A stretch of DNA of 64,000 nt from Candidatus Acidiferrum sp. (GCA_036522855.1 DATDFA010000016.1:5809-69808), one strand, 5' to 3'; numbered from the stretch's first letter, positions 36,537 to 47,200 are shown. Made by a program: numbers and translations. Notes: a model not told the origin generated them from the letters alone.

Positions 36537-37550
36537 TCAGTCGCCTTGCGCCGCCTCCGTAGGCCGCACTGCAATGGGCTGCCACCGCTTCCACAAATAC
36601 CGCGCTGGCAAAAATAAAATCGCGCACCACAACACCACCACCGGCCCGCGCCCTATAAGAAACAACAACAACGCGGAAATGCTTGCGGCGGCCTCGCCAA
36701 ATCCTGCTGTCGCGGCGCTGTGAAGCTGCGCCCCCAACGATTCTTCCGGTTGAGCCAACACTTCCCGCATCGAAAACTGCACGCTAGCGAACGTCACCCG
36801 ATGCTCCGAACTCTGCCGTTCCGCCTCCAGCCGCGCCACTTCGCCACTCGCGTTGCCGATCTGCCGCTGCAACTCTCGCACGTTGCCATCAGGGTAGGTC
36901 TGCTTCTGCAACAGCTCCTGCAGCCGCCGCAGCGTGGCTCGCGCATTCGCCAATCGCGCCTCCAGATCCCCGTGCTGTTGCGTCACTTCGTCCGCCAACT
37001 GCGCTTCTTGCTCCACTTCGCCCAGAGATTTCAGATCGCTTACCGTGGCTGCCAATTCCGCCGAAGGCACTCGCAGCGTAGCATTCAACACGCTTCCGCT
37101 CTTCTGCCCAACCATCCGCAGCTTCGCCGCGTACGCGCGGTGCCGCTCCAAAATCTCTTCCAGCGACGTCCGCGCCTTGGAAAACTCTTTCGTCGCCACA
37201 GCCAGCTCCGCTGTATGTGCAATCAGCGGCGCAGGTGTTCCATACGGCGACGCTCCAACCGCCGTAGCGCGCGGCTCATTGGCCTGCAATTTCGTGTCGG
37301 AGAATTGTTTCTCGGCGTCCACGCGAGTGGTTGCGTCCAGCGACCCCGCGCCCGGCGTGGCCGGATCATTCGCTTGATAGTTCATCGGCGGATATGCCGG
37401 CGCAGCCGTGTCCTTAGGTCCTTTCATCCTCATCGGCCAATTCCCCACAAGCAAAACGCCCAATCCCGCCGTCAACACGACGACCAACCCGTGCTGCACC
37501 TTGCTCCACCCTCGCCACTTCTTCACCAGCACCAAAACAGGATTCTTCAT
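36537..37550 (-). CDS. DUF4349 domain membrane protein
   Basis: 337 aa with GGAGG 6 nt upstream. An N-terminal TM helix is followed by a coiled-coil-like centre (LEARLANARATLRRLQELLQKQ ... EVARLEAERQ) and C-terminal TM helices. The LNATLRVPSAELAATVSDLKSLGEV pattern matches DUF4349 as I remember it. Confidence 0.65.
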   Translation of the reverse strand: MKNPVLVLVKKWRGWSKVQHGLVVVLTAGLGVLLVGNWPMRMKGPKDTAAPAYPPMNYQANDPATPGAGSLDATTRVDAEKQFSDTKLQANEPRATAVGASPYGTPAPLIAHTAELAVATKEFSKARTSLEEILERHRAYAAKLRMVGQKSGSVLNATLRVPSAELAATVSDLKSLGEVEQEAQLADEVTQQHGDLEARLANARATLRRLQELLQKQTYPDGNVRELQRQIGNASGEVARLEAERQSSEHRVTFASVQFSMREVLAQPEESLGAQLHSAATAGFGEAAASISALLLFLIGRGPVVVLWCAILFLPARYLWKRWQPIAVRPTEAAQGD

Positions 37551-37751
37551 GCGATACCTCCTTCGGCTTCCCCCTTAGAACGCTCCCGCCCTTTTTCCTT
37601 GCAACCATTTCAAAGCTTGCTTACGGAGTCCCTCGTACAACGCCCCACAGTGCATCGCCTTGGTGACACCGCGTGCGGCAGGGACGCCAACTCGGCTTCA
37701 CCGCCGAGTAGCCCTGGGCCTGCACTAAGTGCATTTAGCACTCGAACAGCG

Positions 37752-37994
37752 CTATGTGGAAGTCGGTTTGGAAGTCTTTCGCGTTACCAGCGTCGCAGCG
37801 AACGCGATCACAATGACCAGCCAGGTGATCGGACTAAAGAGCGCTTCGATGACGCCGCCCACCATCGCGCTTAATCCGGTCGCGTGGCTGGTTTCGGAAC
37901 TCACCGTGCCGCGCATGATTGAGATGACTAACAAAATGACGAATCCGGCGAACGAGAACGCCACCCCGAGTCCGATAGTCTTGAGCGCTTGCAC
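37752..37994 (-). CDS. small two-TM membrane protein (hypothetical)
   Basis: 80 aa with two clear hydrophobic helices (IGLGVAFSFAGFVILLVISI; ITWLVIVIAFAATLV). It sits between two same-strand envelope genes. Confidence 0.45.
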   Translation of the reverse strand: MQALKTIGLGVAFSFAGFVILLVISIMRGTVSSETSHATGLSAMVGGVIEALFSPITWLVIVIAFAATLVTRKTSKPTST

Positions 37995-38044
37995 GTTTTA
38001 CTGCTGAGCAATACAGCTAAGAGTTAACGCCCGAACGATCTAGT

Positions 38045-38956
38045 TCATTGCCCGCTTTTCTTCATCAGCTGCACCCGCGCTTCCGCGAACGGCAGCGTCG
38101 CTTCCAGCAGCACCGGTGTCCTCGCCGAATCTTTCGCCAGGTAGAGCGTGAAATGCGCGTCCTTCATTTCCGCGCCGTTGTCGAACACCCGGATCTCAAC
38201 GGTAGTCGTCGAAAAATGTCCCGCCGGCACTTGCACTTCCGCCGACCCGATCTTCCGCGCTTTCACTTCATACAGCTTCCGCCCGTCATAGACCGGCCCG
38301 TGTACCTCCGGCGTCTTCGTCCAGTCCACGCTGCGCAGATATTGCATCATCCCCAGCGGATCGCGCGTTCCCGGCAGCACTCGCGCCGCGGATGCTCCGG
38401 CGGGGGCCGGCTCCCGCCCCGTCGCCGTCAGCCACTGAATGGACTGCACCTTTTGACCGCGCTCGCTCAAATGCATTTCGTATTGCACGCTCGCAAAGTC
38501 GCCCGGCACGCTGTAGGAATCGAATTGATCGTCCAGCTCAAAAACCATGCGCAGCGGATTCTGCGTGTGGGCAAATGCCTGCAAATGCCACGCGTCTTTC
38601 CCCGCAATCTCCTTGCGCCCGTTCACGGACAAACGCAGCGTCGCCACGTTGCTCACCTTCGCCACATTCGCGGAAAACTCCAGCGTCTCCCCGATCGGTG
38701 GCGCAAATCCGGCCGGTTCCGCGGGCGTGGCAGCGGCGTCCAGTTCCGGCTTCGCTGCTTTCGTCCTTGCATTTCCGTTTTTCGTGATTTCCGCCGAACC
38801 AGATTCAGGCGTTGCGCTGGAGCGAGCCGCAGGCGGCTCGGGCGTGAAAGTCACCGACGTCCTGCTCTGGCCGCCCGCGTGCAACCACACAAATGCGGCA
38901 GCCCCGCAGACCACGGCGAAAATTACAGCAAGCACAGTGACGATTCGGCGGCTCAT
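38045..38956 (-). CDS. DUF3108-like exported protein
   Basis: 303 aa with signal anchor IVTVLAVIFAVVCGAAAFVW, a low-complexity linker and then a beta-rich domain (ETLEFSANVAKVSNVATLRLSVNG ... KLYEVKARKIGSAEVQVPAGHF ... FTLYLAKDSARTPVLLEA). The family name is from memory. Confidence 0.55.
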   Translation of the reverse strand: MSRRIVTVLAVIFAVVCGAAAFVWLHAGGQSRTSVTFTPEPPAARSSATPESGSAEITKNGNARTKAAKPELDAAATPAEPAGFAPPIGETLEFSANVAKVSNVATLRLSVNGRKEIAGKDAWHLQAFAHTQNPLRMVFELDDQFDSYSVPGDFASVQYEMHLSERGQKVQSIQWLTATGREPAPAGASAARVLPGTRDPLGMMQYLRSVDWTKTPEVHGPVYDGRKLYEVKARKIGSAEVQVPAGHFSTTTVEIRVFDNGAEMKDAHFTLYLAKDSARTPVLLEATLPFAEARVQLMKKSGQ

Positions 38957-39032
38957 GCTTCTCTTGCGCCCTTTCCGTTTAGCAAAATCTCGCGAGTCCG
39001 GCTTTCGTCGTACAATAAATCTTCGTGCGCGC

Positions 39033-39067
39033 CGGGTTTCAGGGTCTGTTCTTGCAGACCCCGAAGT
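39033..39067 (+). repeat. copy 1 of a ~34-bp direct repeat in the DUF3108 / epimerase divergent intergenic region
   Basis: CGGGTTTCAGGGTCTGTTCTTGCAGACCCCGAAGT. It contains the internal 7-bp inverted repeat GGGTCTG / CAGACCC. Confidence 0.6.
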
Positions 39068-39211
39068 AGTAGCCGTTTTACAAACCCTGAGGAAACAAAG
39101 CTCAGGTTACCAGAAGCATTTTCGCGCGTCTTTCGGAAAGCGCCCGCTATTGCCATCCCGCTCGCCAGCCTAAACGGCCGGGCCGCACGGCGGATCGCGA
39201 AGCGGCTCACG

Positions 39212-39245
39212 CGGGTTTCAGCGTCTGTACTTGCAGGCCCTGAGT
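39212..39245 (+). repeat. copy 2 of the ~34-bp direct repeat, 18 nt upstream of the epimerase ATG
   Basis: CGGGTTTCAGCGTCTGTACTTGCAGGCCCTGAGT, roughly 28 of 33 positions identical to copy 1 and 179 bp downstream of it. The RBS AAGAGGA follows. Confidence 0.6.
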
Positions 39246-39262
39246 GAAAGAGGATTGCCCGA

Positions 39263-40228
39263 ATGCGATACGTCGTTACCGGTGGCGCGGGTTTCATCGG
39301 CTCCAATACCGTGGACGAACTCGTCCGCCGCGGAGAAAGCGTAGTGGTGCTCGACGATCTCTCCGCGGGCAAGGAAGAAAATCTTTCGGAAATTCGCAAC
39401 AAAATTTCCTTCATCAGAGGCAGTATCAACGATCTGGAAGCCGTGCGCCGTGCCATGCACGAAGCCGATTACGTCCTGCATCTTGCCGCGCGTACTTCGG
39501 TTCCTCGCTCGGTGAAAGATCCCATCGAAACGAACAAGGTAAACATCGAGGGCACGCTAAATGTTCTGGTTGCCGCCCGCGATGCCAAAGTGAAACGTGT
39601 CGTCCTGGCCGCTTCCTCCTCCGCGTACGGCGAAACGCCGGCTCTTCCCAAAGTGGAGACCATGCGTGCAGAACCGATTTCTCCCTACGGGGTCACAAAA
39701 TACGTTTGCGAAATCTACGCGCAAGTATTTGGACGCGTGTACGGCCTGCAAAACGTCAGTCTGCGTTACTTTAACGTCTTTGGCCCGCGGCAGGATCCCG
39801 GTTCGCCTTACTCCGGCGTACTCTCAAAATTCTGCGCCGCATTCCTTGAGAACACGGAGCCCGTCGTTTATGGCGATGGCGAACAGACTCGCGATTTTAC
39901 GTACATCGAAAACGTCGTGCAGGCCAATCTGCTGGCCTGCGAAGCGTCCGGCGCCAATGGAAGAGTCATCAACGTGGGCACCGGCGAGCGAATTTCGCTG
40001 AATCAAACGCTCGAACTTTTGCGCCAGCTCAGCGGGAATAAGCTGCAAGCCAAATACGAATCGGCGCGTGAAGGTGATATTCGCGATTCGCAAGCCGGCA
40101 CCGCTCTAGCTCGCGAACTCCTGGGCTACGAACCCGCCGTGAATTTCTCTGAGGGCCTCCGCCGCACCTTCGATTGGTACAAAGAAATGGAAGCCAAAGC
40201 CGCCGCAAAACTAAAAACCGCTGAGTAG
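39263..40228 (+). CDS. UDP-N-acetylhexosamin(uron)ate 4-epimerase-like SDR (TviC/WbpP type)
   Basis: 321 aa starting MRYVVTGGAGFIGSNTVDELV. It has SSSAYGETPALPKVE, YGVTKYVCE (YxxxK) and RYFNVFGPRQDPGSPYSGVLSKF. Confidence 0.75.
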   Translation: MRYVVTGGAGFIGSNTVDELVRRGESVVVLDDLSAGKEENLSEIRNKISFIRGSINDLEAVRRAMHEADYVLHLAARTSVPRSVKDPIETNKVNIEGTLNVLVAARDAKVKRVVLAASSSAYGETPALPKVETMRAEPISPYGVTKYVCEIYAQVFGRVYGLQNVSLRYFNVFGPRQDPGSPYSGVLSKFCAAFLENTEPVVYGDGEQTRDFTYIENVVQANLLACEASGANGRVINVGTGERISLNQTLELLRQLSGNKLQAKYESAREGDIRDSQAGTALARELLGYEPAVNFSEGLRRTFDWYKEMEAKAAAKLKTAE

Positions 40229-40454
40229 CTTGGTAGGATCCGGGTTCTCCGTCTCTCGCCCAACCAGAAAGCTGCCATTGAACGATCCGACCCCTTCTGA
40301 ACGCATCCGACAAAGATGCGTGAAAAATCTGGACTGGCTGTTTAAGCCAGAACGCGTCAGCTGAGATCCTTCGGCGAACCTATTCCTCAGCAGGACAAAT
40401 GCTCATATTGAGCCGTTCCGGATCTTCACCCCTCACCGATCGCTGGTCCCTTCC

Positions 40455-43400
40455 CTACGGCGTCGCAGTTTTTCCGTAACTCAGTTCGTTTCCGGATTTC
40501 GGCTCGTCGTAGTGGTTCCAGAAATACAGCGGCTCGAGCTTTTTCTGTTCCGGCCACACTTGATCCAGCGTATCGCCTTCGAAGACTTCCCCGTTTTTCA
40601 CCACCCAATGAATGGTGTTGGTGTTGTGGATGTCATCGAGCGGGTTCTTGTCGAAAATCACCAGGTCGGCTAGTTTCCCCGGTTCGATGGTACCGAGGTC
40701 GCCGGGCCTGCCAACGATTTTCGAACCATTCACCGTCGCGCACTTCAGCACTTCCAGTGGAGTCATGCCACCGCTGGCGAGCATCCACATTTCCCAGTGG
40801 TAACCCAGGCCCTGCAATTGCCCGTGGCTGCCCACTCCCACCAAACCGCCAGCCCGTTCCAGCTTTGCGACTTGCGCGGCCAGTTTCGGAAATTCGTATT
40901 CGTCCTTGCGGAACCAGCTCGGGCGCCGCTTGGTTTTGTCGTCAATGATGCGGTGCGGCGTGAAGTGATTCAGTTTGGTGTTGTCGTGAACCTCGCTGTA
41001 TTCGTACCAATAATCCTCGCCGAAGGGCCCACCGTAATTCACGATGAGCGTGGGCGTCTCGGCGATTCCCGATTGCGCGAAGATCTGTAACACATCTTTA
41101 TATAGAGGTGTAACAGGCAGGGTGTGCTCGTTGCCGTGGAAGCCGTCGATAACGTGCGTCAGATCAAGTTTCAAATCCAACGCGCCTTCCGTGGTGGGCA
41201 TCATTTCCAGTTCCTTCGAAGCCTGCACCATGTACTGCCGCTGTTTGCGGTTGCCGACCAAATAACTCTTGATGTTGTGTGTGCCGTAATACTTTTTGTA
41301 TTTGGTGAGTACGCCCTTAACTTCTTCTTCCGACTGGAAATTGTTGTCGGAGAAGACGCCGGGGCCGGTTGAAAAAGCACGCTGGCCAAGGATATCCCCG
41401 GTGTCCACCAGATCCTGGTAAGCAAACATGTCATTGGTTCCGGTCTGCACGTCCAGGCCGGCGGTGACGCCGTAGGCCAGATTGGCAAGGAACGCGAAGT
41501 TCTGCGTATCCAAAATGCCGCGGCGAATTTCAAACCAATGCGCATGAGTGTCAATAAATCCAGGCGTTATGGTTTTTCCCTTCACATCAAATATTTTTGC
41601 GCCGGCCGGGACGCTGCCCTTGGCGCCAACGCGTGTGATGCGATTGTTTTCGATCACGACGTCCGCGTTTTTCAACACTTCGTCGCCTTTCATGGTGACG
41701 ACTGTGGCGCCGCGAAGAACGATTGTGCCCTTGGGGGTTTTGCGGGGAAGTTCCAGGTCGATAGCGATTTCCTGAACGTCTTTTTCCTGTTCCTTGAATT
41801 TCTGGGGCTTTTTTTCCTCTTTCTTTTCGTCCTTTTTTTCTTCTTTCTGGGCGTTGGCGGATTCTTTCTTGTCTTTATCTTTGTCCGCGTCCTTGGTTTC
41901 GTCTTTCTTTTCCCCTTCCTTTTTTTCGTCCTTGGGTGGTTCGAACGAAATGGAACTGAACGGCTGGCGGAAATAGCTTGAGCCAACGGCCCACGCAACT
42001 GTTTTGCCGCCATCGGCCCAGCCAAAATAATCCGCACCGATGTCGGTAACTTTCTTCAGAGGAACGGCCGGTCCGCTCACCATGATGGTGGGGGGTTCGC
42101 CGCCGACCGGAGGCATCGCCAATACGTAAAGCTGGTTCTGGACATGAGCAAGAACCCACTGACCGTCGGGACTTGGGACGATATCGTCGGCAGGAATCGG
42201 CTCTTCGAAGAAATAAAGACCCTGGCCTTTGACCTGCAGATGATTGCGGCGATCCGTCCCGTCGTAACGCAACGAGACGAGCCCGCCGGGGGTGTAAACG
42301 TAGATGCGGTCCTTTTCGTTTGTGAAATGCGGGCCACCCGCGCCGCGTGCGGGGAGAATCAAGTTTGCGTCGCCGCCGTCGGCGGGAATCCAGACCAGGT
42401 CGGCATTGCCGGTTTGTCCGCCGTCGAACGTGCTGTTCTCACGGTCGTATGCGTTGCCACGGAGCAAAACAATTTTTGTGCCGTCCGGCGAAAACGCGGG
42501 ATTGCTATAAACGGCAATGGATTTGGAAAGCTGGACCGGTGTTCCCCCATCCGCCGAAATCTTCCAAAGCTGACCACCTTCGTTGGACCAGGAGACGTAA
42601 GCGATCCATTTTCCATCGGGAGACCATGCGGGCTGAAATTCGGTGGACTTATCAGTGGTCAACCGCTGCGGCTTGCCATTGGGCAAATCCAGCGTATAGA
42701 GATGGGTCATCGCGGAGAAAGCCAATCTCTTTCCGTCGGGCGATTCCGCGGGATCATGAATCAAGCGGACTTTAACCGGGCCCTGCTCGATCCTTTGCGG
42801 AAAATCAAGCTTGGGGCCCAACTCCTGGGAAACTTCGGCAGAAAACGGAATGATGGATTCGGCGCCAGACTCCAAGTTGAGCCTGCGGATTTTTCCATCC
42901 TGGTTATAAATAATTTCTTTGCCGCCGGGGAGAAACGCGTAGCCGGGAAACAGATCGCGCGAAAAAATGGCTTCCTGATCGTCGCGCGTGACCGGATAGC
43001 GGACCCAGTGGTCCTCTCCGGTTTCTAGATTACGAAGGCGCAAGCCGCTTTCGGTTTCGCGGCGCGTGACGTAGAGCAGGGATTTTCCGTCGGGTGTTAT
43101 TCCTGGACGCATGGCGCTGCGCGGTTGCTCGATGATGGTGTCTTCGTCGCCGGTCTTGCGGTCCTTCCGCTTGATCTGCCAGAGGGGAAACATGGAGTTG
43201 TAAGAAAAATCGCGACGCCGCTCAGCGTAATAAAGATATCTCCCGTCAGGTGATGCCACGACGCCCATAACACTGGTGCGATCCTCGCGCTTTGTAGTCG
43301 GGGTTGGTTTGGACTTGGTGATCTGAATGCCGGTGCCGCCGTCCATGTGATACATCCAGATTTCTCGCGGGCCAATTCCGAAATGTGTTTTGGAAACGTA

Positions 43401-43949
43401 GATGTATTTGCCGTTCGGGTCCCAACTGGGCGAGGCAAATTCGCTGTTGGGATCCTTCGATACTTGCTTCACGGCGGTGCCGTCCGGATGCATGATCCAA
43501 AGGTTTTCGCTGCCTTCGCGGTCGGAAAGAAATGCGATCCACTGGCCGTCAGGCGAAAACTTCGGCTGGCTATCGAAGGACATGCCGCCATCGATTAATT
43601 TCGCTTTGCCTCCTTCGATGGGCAAGGTGTAGATGTCGCCGAGGAGCTCGAACGCGATGGTTTTGCCATCGGGAGAAGCATCGAGCGAGAGCCAGGTCCC
43701 TTCATCGGTGGTGAAAGTGACCTTGCGGTCAGACTTTAGGGGCAGACCCTTTTTCTCGTCTTTCTTGTCGTCCTTTTTTTCGTCGTTTTTGTCTTTGTCC
43801 TGGGCTTCGTTCTCGGAGAGAGATTGTGGTGAGACCTGAGGGAGTTCCGGCAATTGGGCGGAAGCGGCGCGTGCGAAACCGCTAAGAGCCAGCACCAAAA
43901 ACAGCGCGTGGACGAGGATTAACCGGAGCCGGGACGTGATTGCGTTCAT
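40455..43949 (-). CDS. secreted TolB-like (PD40) double beta-propeller / amidohydrolase fusion protein
   Basis: ORF 40455-44108. I chose ATG 43949 (GGAGA upstream; signal MNAITSRLRLILVHALFLVLALSGFARAASA). There are many PD40 repeats (SPDGKTIAF, SPDGQWIAFLSD, SPDGRYLYYA, TPDGKSLLYV, SPDGKRLAFSA, SPDGKWIAYVSW, SPDGTKIVLL, SPDGQWVLAH). After a K/E-rich linker comes the amidohydrolase domain with ITPGFIDTHAHW and KLADLVIFDKNPLDDI. Confidence 0.8.
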   Translation of the reverse strand: MNAITSRLRLILVHALFLVLALSGFARAASAQLPELPQVSPQSLSENEAQDKDKNDEKKDDKKDEKKGLPLKSDRKVTFTTDEGTWLSLDASPDGKTIAFELLGDIYTLPIEGGKAKLIDGGMSFDSQPKFSPDGQWIAFLSDREGSENLWIMHPDGTAVKQVSKDPNSEFASPSWDPNGKYIYVSKTHFGIGPREIWMYHMDGGTGIQITKSKPTPTTKREDRTSVMGVVASPDGRYLYYAERRRDFSYNSMFPLWQIKRKDRKTGDEDTIIEQPRSAMRPGITPDGKSLLYVTRRETESGLRLRNLETGEDHWVRYPVTRDDQEAIFSRDLFPGYAFLPGGKEIIYNQDGKIRRLNLESGAESIIPFSAEVSQELGPKLDFPQRIEQGPVKVRLIHDPAESPDGKRLAFSAMTHLYTLDLPNGKPQRLTTDKSTEFQPAWSPDGKWIAYVSWSNEGGQLWKISADGGTPVQLSKSIAVYSNPAFSPDGTKIVLLRGNAYDRENSTFDGGQTGNADLVWIPADGGDANLILPARGAGGPHFTNEKDRIYVYTPGGLVSLRYDGTDRRNHLQVKGQGLYFFEEPIPADDIVPSPDGQWVLAHVQNQLYVLAMPPVGGEPPTIMVSGPAVPLKKVTDIGADYFGWADGGKTVAWAVGSSYFRQPFSSISFEPPKDEKKEGEKKDETKDADKDKDKKESANAQKEEKKDEKKEEKKPQKFKEQEKDVQEIAIDLELPRKTPKGTIVLRGATVVTMKGDEVLKNADVVIENNRITRVGAKGSVPAGAKIFDVKGKTITPGFIDTHAHWFEIRRGILDTQNFAFLANLAYGVTAGLDVQTGTNDMFAYQDLVDTGDILGQRAFSTGPGVFSDNNFQSEEEVKGVLTKYKKYYGTHNIKSYLVGNRKQRQYMVQASKELEMMPTTEGALDLKLDLTHVIDGFHGNEHTLPVTPLYKDVLQIFAQSGIAETPTLIVNYGGPFGEDYWYEYSEVHDNTKLNHFTPHRIIDDKTKRRPSWFRKDEYEFPKLAAQVAKLERAGGLVGVGSHGQLQGLGYHWEMWMLASGGMTPLEVLKCATVNGSKIVGRPGDLGTIEPGKLADLVIFDKNPLDDIHNTNTIHWVVKNGEVFEGDTLDQVWPEQKKLEPLYFWNHYDEPKSGNELSYGKTATP

Positions 43950-44275
43950 GCGTTCTTTCTCCTTCGAAGCAAAATTACAAGAGTCCGGCTGGTCCGGACT
44001 CAAAAAATTCAGAAAGCGGCGGCAGAGCCGCCGGTGCAAAAATCTCACTGCCAGACAAAGTCCACGATGACCCATCAAGCGGATGGCAAGAACGCACGGC
44101 AAGAACAAGAACGGGTCTAAAGATCCGCCGCTGCCAAAACCAGATTCAAACGGAAAGGCCGACCATGCCCCTGGTGGGCATTAGACGCACCGGCAAAGGA
44201 ATGGTCTTGTCTGGCGCCGGTCATTTGCAGAGTGCCAGGTTGTGCAAACAACCGTGCTGCCGGGCACCGGTGTTG

Positions 44276-47200
44276 TCAAATGACACCCTCATCATCGTCG
44301 TCAGCACCGCCTCGGCCAGTCGGAGCAGGGGGCGCAGGCACTATATGCGGAATTCCGGCGTCATTCATCTTTTTGTTTAGCGCGCCGAATTCGTCTTCCG
44401 CCACCTTTTTCACTTGAGCGGAACCGTCAACGACCAGCGGCGTCAATTCGGCCAGTTTTTCTTTTTGCTGGCCACCGGGTGCGGCGGCAAAGTCATCCAA
44501 ATCCGCCATGAGTTCCTGAACCTGATTGGGCAGAGGATCGGGTTTCCATTCGAATGGAGGACCGGCATTGCCAAGGCCCTGTTGCTCGCGCTGATATTTC
44601 AGTGCGATCTCGTCCACTTTCTTCTGGAGATCGTCAGCGCTTTTGACGATGTCGGCGGGAATTTTCATTCCGTCGGGCTTTGCGGACTCTTTTTTCCAAT
44701 TTTCTCGAGCCGTCTTTAACGCAGCTTGCACGCCAAGCACTGTCTTGCGGTCTTTTGCGGCAGTTTTTGCCATTCCATACAACTGCTCGATGGCAGCATG
44801 CCGAGCGGCGCGGTCTTCCGCCGTCAGTTGCAGTCGCGGATCCTCTTCAACGGTAAATTTCTGCGTAGCCTCCTTTTCGCCGGCCTTGATCTTGATCGTA
44901 TATTCACCAGGCTCGATGAAAGGCCCACGCGGACCAAAACCGTAACCAGCGGCAATGGCTTCCAGTTGTTCGGGCGTTGGCTCCGAGGGAGCAGTGTAGC
45001 GAAGATCCCAGCTTGTGCGATTGACGCCCGCAGCGGCGGGGCCGTCTAGTTCGCGAACCACTTTTCCGGCACTGTCGGTAATCGTAATTTTAACTTTGGC
45101 TTCTTTCTTGGGTTCTTGTTTTTCGTCGTGCTTTTCAGCGGATTTTTCGGCGTCGGCCGTTTCTTTGCTTTGCGCCGCATCCTTTTTGGCCTCCGGAGGA
45201 GGCAGGGCGGCCTTCAGGTAGTAGTTGATAATCGCGCCAGGCGGCGGATTTTTTCCGTTGAACATCTTTTGACCAGCGCTCCAGCGGCGGGGAACATTGC
45301 GCCAGATATCCGTGGTGCGCGGCGGAAAGAACGTGAGATCGCTCGCCGCAACGGTCGCGTCCATCTTCTCGAGCGGCGTCAGGTCATCGAAAATCCAGAT
45401 CGAACGGCCATGCGTAGCGAGAACCAGATCGTTTTCGCGAGCTTGCAGCTCGATATCGTCTACCGGAACCGTCGGAAAATTATTTTTGAAGGCGCTCCAA
45501 TTGGCGCCGCGGTCCCAGGAAATCCAAAGGCCGAATTCGGTGCCGGCAAAAAGGAGATTGGCGTTGCGGGGATGTTCGCGGACGACGTGAACGGTTCCGG
45601 CAGTATCAGGAATCCCGTTGCGGATGAGCTTACAAGTTTCGCCGTAATCGGACGTGGCGAAAATGTAGATTGCGTAATCGTCAGTGCGATGGCCGTCAAA
45701 CGTTACATATGCCGAGCCTTCGCCGTATTTGGAAGCGACAACGCGACTGATGTAGGTGCCTTTGGGCACACCCGGGCAGTTAGCTGCGACGTTCTTCCAG
45801 GTTTTGCCACCGTCCCGCGTAACCTGCACATTGCCATCGTCGGTGCCCGCCCACAGCACATCAGCGGTGAGCGGCGATTCGCTGATGGTGGTGATGGTCG
45901 GGAATTCTTCGACGCCATCGTGGCGCGAAAGAGTCTGCTTATCGGGTGTTTTTCCCCAGATTTGCAGCTTATTGCGATCGATTCCGGTCGTGAGATCGTT
46001 GCCAAGTCGAGTCCATGAATCACCGCGGTCGGTGGACTTAAAAAAATAATTCCCGCCGTAATAGATGGTGTTGTGATCGTGCACGGAAACAGCTACCGGC
46101 GAATTCCACTGGAAACGGTAGTGCGGGTCGCCATATTTGGCCTCCGGCTCGATAGAGCGCTCTTGCGCGGTACGCATATTGCGACGCGCGATATGGCCGT
46201 CCTGCGATTCGGTGTAAACGATCCAGGGTTCGACATTATCAATCTCGGCGTAAAAGCCGTCTCCGCCGTGGATCAGCGTCCAATCATCGTTGGTCACTCC
46301 GTCGCGCGTGAGCGTCCGGCTGGGCCCGCACCAACTGCCGTTATCCTGCAGACCGCCGCAGATGTGATAGGGCTTTTCGTTGTCCAACCCGATTTCATAG
46401 AACTGGCCAATCGCAATGTCATTCAGGAAGTCCCACGTTTTTCCGTTGTCGTAGCTCCAGTGAATGCCCCCATCGCTCCCCGCGAGGATGTGATTCGAAT
46501 CGGCTGGATCAATCCATAGAGCGTGGAAGTCTCCATGGATTTTCTGAACGCGACGAGTGGTGAAACTTTTGCCGCCATCCTCGGAAAAAAACATCGCCGC
46601 TCCCAATGCCCAGATGCGCAAGTCGTTGTTGGGATCGATACGAACCTGGCTGTAATAAGAGGGGCGCGGATTGGTGTCGCTCATCTTCTTCCAGGTTTCG
46701 CCTTTATCCTCGCTGCGATAGATGCCGCCCTTATCGTGTTGAACGAGCGCGTATACGATGTTGGGATCCTTGCGATAGATGTCCAACCCGATGCGCCCGG
46801 TTTCGCCGCCATTTTCGTATGGCAGACCTTTGGTGAGTTTTTTCCAGGTCACGCCACCGTCGGTGGTCTTATAGATGGCGCTTTCGATTCCGCCACCGTT
46901 GAAGCCAAAGGGAGTGCGGCGGCGCTGATACGCGGCGGCATAAAGAGTGTCCGGGCTTTCCGGGTCCATAGCGATATCGCTGACGCCGGTGTCATTGCTG
47001 ATTTTCAGGACTTGATTCCAAGTCTTGCCGCCGTCAGTGGTCTTGTACACGCCGCGCTCCGGATTGGGTCCCCAAAGATGGCCGAGAGCAGCGGCGTAAA
47101 CGACATCGGGGTTTTTCGGATGGATGACGACCCGGCCGATGTGCCTGGTTTCGGCGAGGCCCATGTTCTTCCAAGTCTTGCCCGCATCGGTCGACTTATA

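Noticed and set aside
36720-39247. Very long plus-strand ORFs (36720-37874, 384 aa; 38048-39247, 399 aa; also 38547-39173) that could be taken for genes
   Set aside because: They are antisense shadows of the DUF4349 and DUF3108-like genes. Their translations are R/H/Q/P-rich with no hydrophobic core or motif. The minus-strand frames have signal peptides, sensible composition and RBSs.
40301-40321. Hairpin ACGCATC-cgacaaa-GATGCGT in the convergent gap after the epimerase gene, considered as a terminator
   Set aside because: It has a 7-bp AT/GC-mixed stem and no U-tract on either strand (followed by GAAAAAT). That is too weak to call.
41794-41976. Plus-strand ORF with an FFSSFFSSFF repeat; could be mistaken for a repeat protein or a tandem DNA repeat
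   Set aside because: It is the reverse complement of the K/E/D-rich linker of the amidohydrolase fusion protein (polypurine coding tract). It is not a periodic tandem repeat at the nucleotide level.
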